DNA from: Thermoanaerobaculia bacterium
GTDB lineage: Bacteria > Acidobacteriota > Thermoanaerobaculia > Multivoradales > UBA5704
DNA: 39,691 bases
Assembly (NCBI GenBank): GCA_035603315.1
Contig: DATNKQ010000569.1
Location: 1-39,691 of the forward strand
Direction: 5' to 3'
Part shown: positions 33,636 to 39,691 of the stretch, piece after piece
How positions within the stretch are numbered: the stretch's first letter is position 1
Layout: every line of letters begins with the position of its first letter
The notes under the pieces: model-generated
Told to the model about the DNA's origin: nothing
Seen by the model: only the letters and a program-made list of their open reading frames with translations
Database searches by the model: none
Program-made: the position numbers and the translations under genes

Positions 33636-35936
33636 TCAAGACGGGCTCCCGTCGCCACCGCCGGCAATCACCACCGCCTGGCTGCCATCGGCAGGCTTCA
33701 CCTGGCAGGCGGCGGAGAGCAGGCCGGGCTTGCCGGTCAGGAGCTGGGCGACGATCGACCCCAGTATGCGGCCCTGGTAGTCCTGGGCGATCAGCGACTG
33801 GATGCCCGAGAAGGCGGCGGCGACGTCGGCATAGGCGCCGCCCCCGCCGATGAAGCCGCCGAGGGCTTGCAGGGCCGAGCGGAAGCGCACGAAGAGGCTC
33901 CATGGGTTGACGGTCGCCGAGCCGGGGTTCCACAGGGTCTTGATGCCGTAGATCGCGAAGTTGCCCAGCTGGCTCCTGCCGAAGTCGAAGTTCTCGAGCT
34001 GGATGCGGTCGCCCGGGGAGAGCGGCGGCGCCAGAGCCGGGTTGGCGTAGGCGGGCACGGTGGTGAGATCCGCCGGGGAGTGCTGATCGAAGGCGGCCTT
34101 CGCCGGTCCCTGGTAGAGGAGCCGGCGCTGGGCGACGTTCTCGCGCAGGAAGTGGTCGCCGAAGAAGATGGGCGGCAGGGCTTCCGCCATCGCCTTCACC
34201 CAGACGGCCTCGAAGGTCGGCGCGGGAAAGAGCACGAGCTGGCGCACGCCGGCGTCGGAGACCCGCAGCTCGAGCTCCGCCTGCACCCGCTTGCCGAGCA
34301 GCGGCAGGAGAGCGGTCCTGAGGCCGGCCGCCTCTTCGCGGGCCACCACCCGCCAGACGTTGGCCAGATCGAGGATGGTGTGCAGGAGGTTGGCGTCCAG
34401 GACCGCGTTCCACATCCAGCTCAGGTTGATGAGGAACGCGAAGTCCGCGCCCTTGGGCGCCGGCGCGTAGTGGTCCATCGCCGCGGCGAGCTCGAAGGCA
34501 TACAGCTCTCGGTCTTTGTTCCAGCTCGACTGCAGGGTGCGCCGGCCATCGTAGCTCAGGCGGACTCCTTGAAGGCTCTTCTGCTCCTTGCGGTCCTCGT
34601 TGACGGTGAAGGTGCTGCCGGCCGCCCATTCGCCGATCGACAGCGCGACGCCGAAGGAGCGGCCGGTCTGCACCTCCCGGCTCTCCATGTATTCGCGGAG
34701 CAGGAAGGCGGGGTCGCCGGTCACCAGGCGCGCGGTGACGCCGGTCAGGTTCCCCAGGAGGAGGCCGTTGAGGAGAGGCGCCAGGCTGTCGGCGGAGGTC
34801 TCGAAACGGAGGATCGCCTGCGAGCTGGCGATGCGGGTGTAGCCGGCGGTGAAGACGAGCTTGATCTGCGTCGAGGCCACTTTCAGGAGCCCGGCCGAGA
34901 GCTTCGCCTCGGCGCCGTCGAGGCGGGTCTTCAGCGCCGCGAGCTGGTCCTGGGCGGGGGCCAGGCCGAGACGGGTGGCGATGGCCTGGGCGAGCGCCTG
35001 CTCGGAGGGATCGAGCTGCGTGAGGTTGGACACGCTGGAGAGCTTGCCGAGCAGCCCCTTGAAGTCCTGATACCGCGTGCCGAGCCGGCCGATCAAGTAG
35101 GAGTCGAGCAGGCCGGCGAGCTGGGCGGGGTTATCGAAGCCCACCTGTACCCCCAGGGAGGCGGTGGCGGCGGCGCTCGAGGAGGCGCTCTTCTGCACCT
35201 CGACGGCGATCTCGAGCTCCGTCCCGCGGGTGAAGACGAGGCGAAAGTCGTCGCTCGCCGTCAGGTTGGCGGCGACGTTCGCGCCTAGGTTGATCTTGTA
35301 GGCGGCGGCGCCGGTCATCCCCAGCACCTGGTCGAGGGCGGCGACGCTGCCGGCGAGCACGTCGGCATAGGTGAAGGTGGCCTGCATGGACAGCTTGCCA
35401 CTCACCAGAAAAGCCAGGGCGTCGCCGCCGGTTAAGGCGCGGATGCTCTTGATGTCGGTGGCGAAGCGGGCGCTCGCGATGGTCTCCAGCACCGCCTCCG
35501 CCACTTCGTCCGTGGCGGCGTGCTGCCGGTAGTCGAGGAGCCGCACGGCGGAGCTGGCGTCGATCCCGAACTGGACGCCCTGGAGCGCCCCGCCGCCGCT
35601 CGCCTGGACGGCAGCCTGGAGCTCGGTCTTGAGCCAGGCGCTGCCGGCGGCGGGCGCCGCGACGACGTCGTCGGGATCGGCGTCGGTGGGCTGGCGGAAG
35701 GCGTAGACGTGAAACCCACCCGAGGCCCCCAGCGAGAGCTTTGTGCCCTGGCCGAGGTTGAGCTGGTCGCTGCCGGTGAGGGTCAGCGGCGAGCCCGGAA
35801 GCTCGTTGGGGTCGGTGCCCGTCCCCGCCGGCAGGTTCTGGAAAGTCGTCTGCGCCACCAGCCCCGTCGCCAGCGCCGCCGCCGCGTCCTGGACGGCGAC
35901 CTTGAGATCCCCCAGATTGGTCTGCACGTTCGCCAT
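33636..35936 (-). CDS. Hypothetical protein, 766 aa, no recognisable domain
   Basis: ATG 35936 has AAGGAGG 6 nt upstream. Third codon positions are strongly G/C, as in neighbouring genes. No signal peptide, TM helix or catalytic motif recognised. Confidence 0.75.
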   Translation of the reverse strand: MANVQTNLGDLKVAVQDAAAALATGLVAQTTFQNLPAGTGTDPNELPGSPLTLTGSDQLNLGQGTKLSLGASGGFHVYAFRQPTDADPDDVVAAPAAGSAWLKTELQAAVQASGGGALQGVQFGIDASSAVRLLDYRQHAATDEVAEAVLETIASARFATDIKSIRALTGGDALAFLVSGKLSMQATFTYADVLAGSVAALDQVLGMTGAAAYKINLGANVAANLTASDDFRLVFTRGTELEIAVEVQKSASSSAAATASLGVQVGFDNPAQLAGLLDSYLIGRLGTRYQDFKGLLGKLSSVSNLTQLDPSEQALAQAIATRLGLAPAQDQLAALKTRLDGAEAKLSAGLLKVASTQIKLVFTAGYTRIASSQAILRFETSADSLAPLLNGLLLGNLTGVTARLVTGDPAFLLREYMESREVQTGRSFGVALSIGEWAAGSTFTVNEDRKEQKSLQGVRLSYDGRRTLQSSWNKDRELYAFELAAAMDHYAPAPKGADFAFLINLSWMWNAVLDANLLHTILDLANVWRVVAREEAAGLRTALLPLLGKRVQAELELRVSDAGVRQLVLFPAPTFEAVWVKAMAEALPPIFFGDHFLRENVAQRRLLYQGPAKAAFDQHSPADLTTVPAYANPALAPPLSPGDRIQLENFDFGRSQLGNFAIYGIKTLWNPGSATVNPWSLFVRFRSALQALGGFIGGGGAYADVAAAFSGIQSLIAQDYQGRILGSIVAQLLTGKPGLLSAACQVKPADGSQAVVIAGGGDGSPS

Positions 35937-36037
35937 CTCTCTCCTCCTTGCTCCTTCAAGATAAGAATGCGCACGCGCCGCAGAGACATCTGCGGGCACT
36001 GTCGACTCCTGAAGCTCGATTGGGTAGGGAGCTTACC

Positions 36038-36229
36038 TCAGGACGGGCGCGCCGGGAGCCCCGTTCTCCCTGCCCGGTAATCCTCCCGCGCCTCGGCGAT
36101 CGAGTCGACATAGGTCGGGGACGAGAGCGCCTGGAGATCCTCCAGGTAGTCCTCCATCGTCCGCCGCACCGTGTCCTCGATCATGGCGCGGAGCTCGTCG
36201 ACCGAAAGGTCCTTGACCGACGTTGACAT
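36038..36229 (-). CDS. Small acidic helical protein (63 aa); antitoxin-like in appearance only
   Basis: GGAGG lies 7 nt upstream of the ATG. MSTSVKDLSVDELRAMIEDTVRRTMEDYLEDLQALSSPTYVDSIAEAREDYRAGR. Starts 25 nt downstream of the GH13-like gene's stop. Confidence 0.6.
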   Translation of the reverse strand: MSTSVKDLSVDELRAMIEDTVRRTMEDYLEDLQALSSPTYVDSIAEAREDYRAGRTGLPARPS

Positions 36230-36254
36230 TGCCTTGCCTCCGATGGGATGGATC

Positions 36255-37328
36255 CTACCGCAGCCGGTAAACGCCGCTCCCGTGCGGCGGGAGGTGGAGA
36301 CGCCAGGCGCCGGGAGCGCCTTTGGGGGGCGGCAGGCCCGGCGAGGCGAAGAGCGCGTCGGGCATGCCGGCGACGCCGTAGGGACCCGCGTCCACCTCGC
36401 TCCCGCCCAGGTTGTGGACCACCAGCACCCGCTCCTTCCCCTCGTCGCGGAGGTAGGCCAGGATCGGCGTCGGAGCGTCGGCGGCGCTCAGGACCTTCAG
36501 GCTCCCTTGCCGCAGAGCGAGCGAGTTGTGGCGCGCCCGAATGAGATAGCGGTAGGTGCTCAGGAGCGAGTTGGGGTCCTTCGCCTCGGCGGCGACGTTG
36601 ACCCAGGGCATCGGCGTGCGCCGGACGTCGTCCCCCTTGCCTTTTCCGCTGGCGAGGCCGATCTCGTCGCCGTAGTCGAGCACGGGCGTCCCGGGAAGGG
36701 TAAGGAGGATGGCGGCGGCGCTCTTGCCGCGGCCCGCGTCGCCCGCGAGGCGGGTGGCGAGCCGCGACCCGTCGGCGGCGAGCAGGAGAGCTTCGACCGG
36801 ACCTCCGGTCTCCGCAGCCGCGAGGCCGGCGAGGCGTCGCGCGATGCCGCTCGCCTCCCCGGCCTTCACTCCCGCGACGATCTCGGCGGCGAGGTCCGGT
36901 TGCAGTCGCACCGGCAGCTCGTCGAGGCCCTCGACGACGATCCGCAGCCCGCGCTGCGTCCCTTCCGCCCGCAGCCGGCCGAGGTCGGGGTCGGCGGCCG
37001 TGGGGTGGGCGATGCCGCGCAGCCAGAGGGCGTCGACGCCGAGATCGGTCACCGTCTTGGGGTTGCCGTCGTTCAGGTAATCGAGCTCGCCGAGCAGCCC
37101 CGGGAGATCCCCCCTGCCGTCGCCGTTCGAGTCCGCGAAGCTGGGAACGAAGACCGTGTAGAGGACGGCGCCTCGCGTCCAGGGGCCCGCTGCAGGCGCC
37201 GTCTGGGGAGTCGCGGGCGTCGTCGCGGGAGCCGCGGCGGCGGCGATCCGAAGCGCGCCGTACGCCAGCAGGCAAGGGATCAGGAGATAGGGGAACGAAG
37301 GACGGGACCGGTTCGGCATGGCCGCCAT
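36255..37328 (-). CDS. Alpha-amylase-family (GH13)-like protein lacking the catalytic core, with a signal peptide
   Basis: The in-frame ATG 37328 gives MAAMPNRSRPSFPYLLIPCLLAYGALRIAAAAAP. GH13 N-terminal block YTVFVPSFADSNGDGRGDLPGLLGELDYL...LGVDALWL and C-terminal blocks ILLTLPGTPVLDYGDEIGL and RTPMPW. The region II/III segments are absent. Confidence 0.75.
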   Translation of the reverse strand: MAAMPNRSRPSFPYLLIPCLLAYGALRIAAAAAPATTPATPQTAPAAGPWTRGAVLYTVFVPSFADSNGDGRGDLPGLLGELDYLNDGNPKTVTDLGVDALWLRGIAHPTAADPDLGRLRAEGTQRGLRIVVEGLDELPVRLQPDLAAEIVAGVKAGEASGIARRLAGLAAAETGGPVEALLLAADGSRLATRLAGDAGRGKSAAAILLTLPGTPVLDYGDEIGLASGKGKGDDVRRTPMPWVNVAAEAKDPNSLLSTYRYLIRARHNSLALRQGSLKVLSAADAPTPILAYLRDEGKERVLVVHNLGGSEVDAGPYGVAGMPDALFASPGLPPPKGAPGAWRLHLPPHGSGVYRLR

Positions 37329-37351
37329 TGTATAGGCGGGGCAGGCGGGCT

Positions 37352-38679
<1,328 letters not shown>

Positions 38680-38683
<4 letters not shown>

Positions 38684-38877
38684 GAGTCGAGCTTCTCCAC
38701 CCGCACGTCGGCGTCGCCGTAGCGGTCGCGGGTGACGGTGAGCTGCCAGGGGCTGCAGCAGACCTCGCAGTCCTGCACCAGGCTGCCCCAGGTGTCGAGC
38801 TCGATGGCGATCTCCACCCGCTCGCCGCAGTAGGGGCACTGGATCTCGACGCGGTCGCTCCAGTAGCCGTCGCTCAA
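38680..38877 (-). CDS. CPXCG-motif cysteine-rich zinc-ribbon protein (65 aa)
   Basis: EIQCPYCGERVEI...DCEVCCSPWQL. TTG 38877 overlaps the EVE gene's TGA (TTGA). The rest of track ORF 38680..39564 overlaps the EVE gene in another frame. Confidence 0.75.
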
Positions 38878-39362
38878 CGGCCGGCCCTGCCCCCCGCGCG
38901 TCCCAGCCGGACGACGATGTCGAACTCCTTCTTCTTGACCGGCTGGACGGAGAGCCGCGATCCCTTCTGCGTCACCACCATCTCCTCCAAACCCTTGGTG
39001 TTCTTGAGAGTGTCGAGCGAGATTATGCTCGAGAACTTCTCGCTGAACCGGATGTCGACCATGTACCAGGTGGGGTTCGCGGGATCGCTCTTCTCGTCGT
39101 AGTAGCGGTGGCCCTTCTTGAAGGCGAAGGAATCGGGATAGGCCTCGCGGGCCACCTCGGCGACGCCGGTCGCCCCCGAGGGCTCGGCGTTCGAGGCGTA
39201 GAAGAGGACCCTGTCGCCCAGCTTCATCTCGTCGCGCATCAAGTTGCGCGCCTGGAAGTTCCGCACCCCCTCCCAGCTCGCCACCCCATCGCGCTCGAGG
39301 TCCACGATGGAGTACGCCGCGGGCTCGCACTTCATCAGCCAGTATCTCTTCGCGCGCGGCAT
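38874..39362 (-). CDS. EVE (PUA-like) domain protein
   Basis: MPRAKRYWLMKCEPAAYSIVDLERDGVASWEGVRNFQARNLMRDEMKLGDRVLFYAS...WYMVDIRF is a classic EVE/DUF55 pattern. 162 aa. Confidence 0.9.
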   Translation of the reverse strand: MPRAKRYWLMKCEPAAYSIVDLERDGVASWEGVRNFQARNLMRDEMKLGDRVLFYASNAEPSGATGVAEVAREAYPDSFAFKKGHRYYDEKSDPANPTWYMVDIRFSEKFSSIISLDTLKNTKGLEEMVVTQKGSRLSVQPVKKKEFDIVVRLGRAGGRAGR

Positions 39363-39380
39363 GGCGCTCTCTCCCGTCGG

Positions 39381-39691
39381 TTATCGCCCCGAGCGCCGCC
39401 AGGAGGCGGGCCGGCGGTTGAAGCCCTTGGGGGCCTCTTTCTGGCCCGGCTGCGGCTCGAAGCTCGGCTGCTGCTCGAAGTCCGCCATCTCCAACGGCGC
39501 TTGCAGGAGAGGCGCGGCGTTGACGCGGTCGATCTCGGCGCGGGCGCTTGGGTTGGAGGCCCACCAGGGACCGGTCTGGCGCTGCAGCTCGACCTGGCGC
39601 GGATCGATGGGCTGGCGGCGAGGATCGCCGGGCTGGCGATGGGGATCGACCGGCGGGCGGCGGCCGTCGCCGGCGGGACGGGAAGCGCCGC
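39381..39691 (-). CDS. 3' end of an unidentified gene that runs off the window
   Basis: Minus-strand frame open from the window edge to TAA (39381-39383). Codons have high third-position GC. Translates ...IDPRQVELQRQTGPWWASNPSARAEIDRVNAAPLLQAPLEMADFEQQPSFEPQPGQKEAPKGFNRRPASWRRSGR. No start lies within the window, so it is absent from the ORF track. Confidence 0.45.
   Translation of the reverse strand, partial: GASRPAGDGRRPPVDPHRQPGDPRRQPIDPRQVELQRQTGPWWASNPSARAEIDRVNAAPLLQAPLEMADFEQQPSFEPQPGQKEAPKGFNRRPASWRRSGR

Noticed and set aside
32610-35288. 892-aa plus-strand ORF
   Set aside because: It is antisense to the DUF1223 gene and the 766-aa gene. Its Arg/Gly/Glu/Asp-rich composition is typical of antisense reading in high-GC DNA. 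It has no SD, and it runs through a gene with clear family motifs on the other strand.
38878-39564. 5' extension of the CPXCG ORF (294-aa track ORF 38680-39564)
   Set aside because: It overlaps the well-supported EVE gene in a different frame and is Arg/Gly-rich. CPXCG proteins are about 60-70 aa, and the TTG at 38877 gives the expected short N-terminus.

Overview
A 39.7-kb, very GC-rich bacterial chromosomal segment that is almost fully coding. I saw no rRNA, tRNA, CRISPR array, transposase or integrase. All calls rest on reading the supplied translations and DNA by eye for motifs, start/stop geometry, Shine-Dalgarno (SD) sites and codon third-position GC. No database search was run. Four blocks are present. 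(1) 0.1-26.0 kb, plus strand: a very large Wzx/Wzy-type surface-glycan locus. It is headed by a NusG-paralog (UpxY/RfaH-like) antiterminator and holds about 13 glycosyltransferases (GT4 and GT2), 5 SAM methyltransferases (3 class I, 2 FkbM), a NodU/CmcH-type carbamoyltransferase, an AsnB-type amidotransferase, a flippase, a Wzy/O-antigen-ligase-like polymerase and one SDR epimerase/dehydratase. One GT2-like gene lies on the opposite strand. (2) 26.0-28.0 kb: a 20-bp tandem repeat array and an AT-rich promoter region, followed by amtB-glnK. (3) 28.0-32.6 kb, minus strand: an aa3-type cytochrome c oxidase operon in the unusual order I-III-IV-micro-micro-II, then a terminator and a DUF420 gene. 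(4) 32.8-39.7 kb, minus strand: a tightly packed run of DUF1223, a 766-aa orphan protein, a 63-aa acidic protein, a GH13-like protein lacking the catalytic core, a class I/II aminotransferase, a CPXCG zinc-ribbon protein, an EVE-domain protein and a 5'-truncated ORF. The best candidate for something undescribed is the 766-aa orphan with its 63-aa upstream partner (33.6-36.2 kb). Secondary points of interest are the 20-bp repeat array, the two oxidase-embedded microproteins, an apparent 1-nt frameshift at the carbamoyltransferase start, and several genes whose expected N-termini lack ATG/GTG/TTG starts. Many long ORFs in the track are antisense or alternate-frame artefacts of the high GC content and were rejected.
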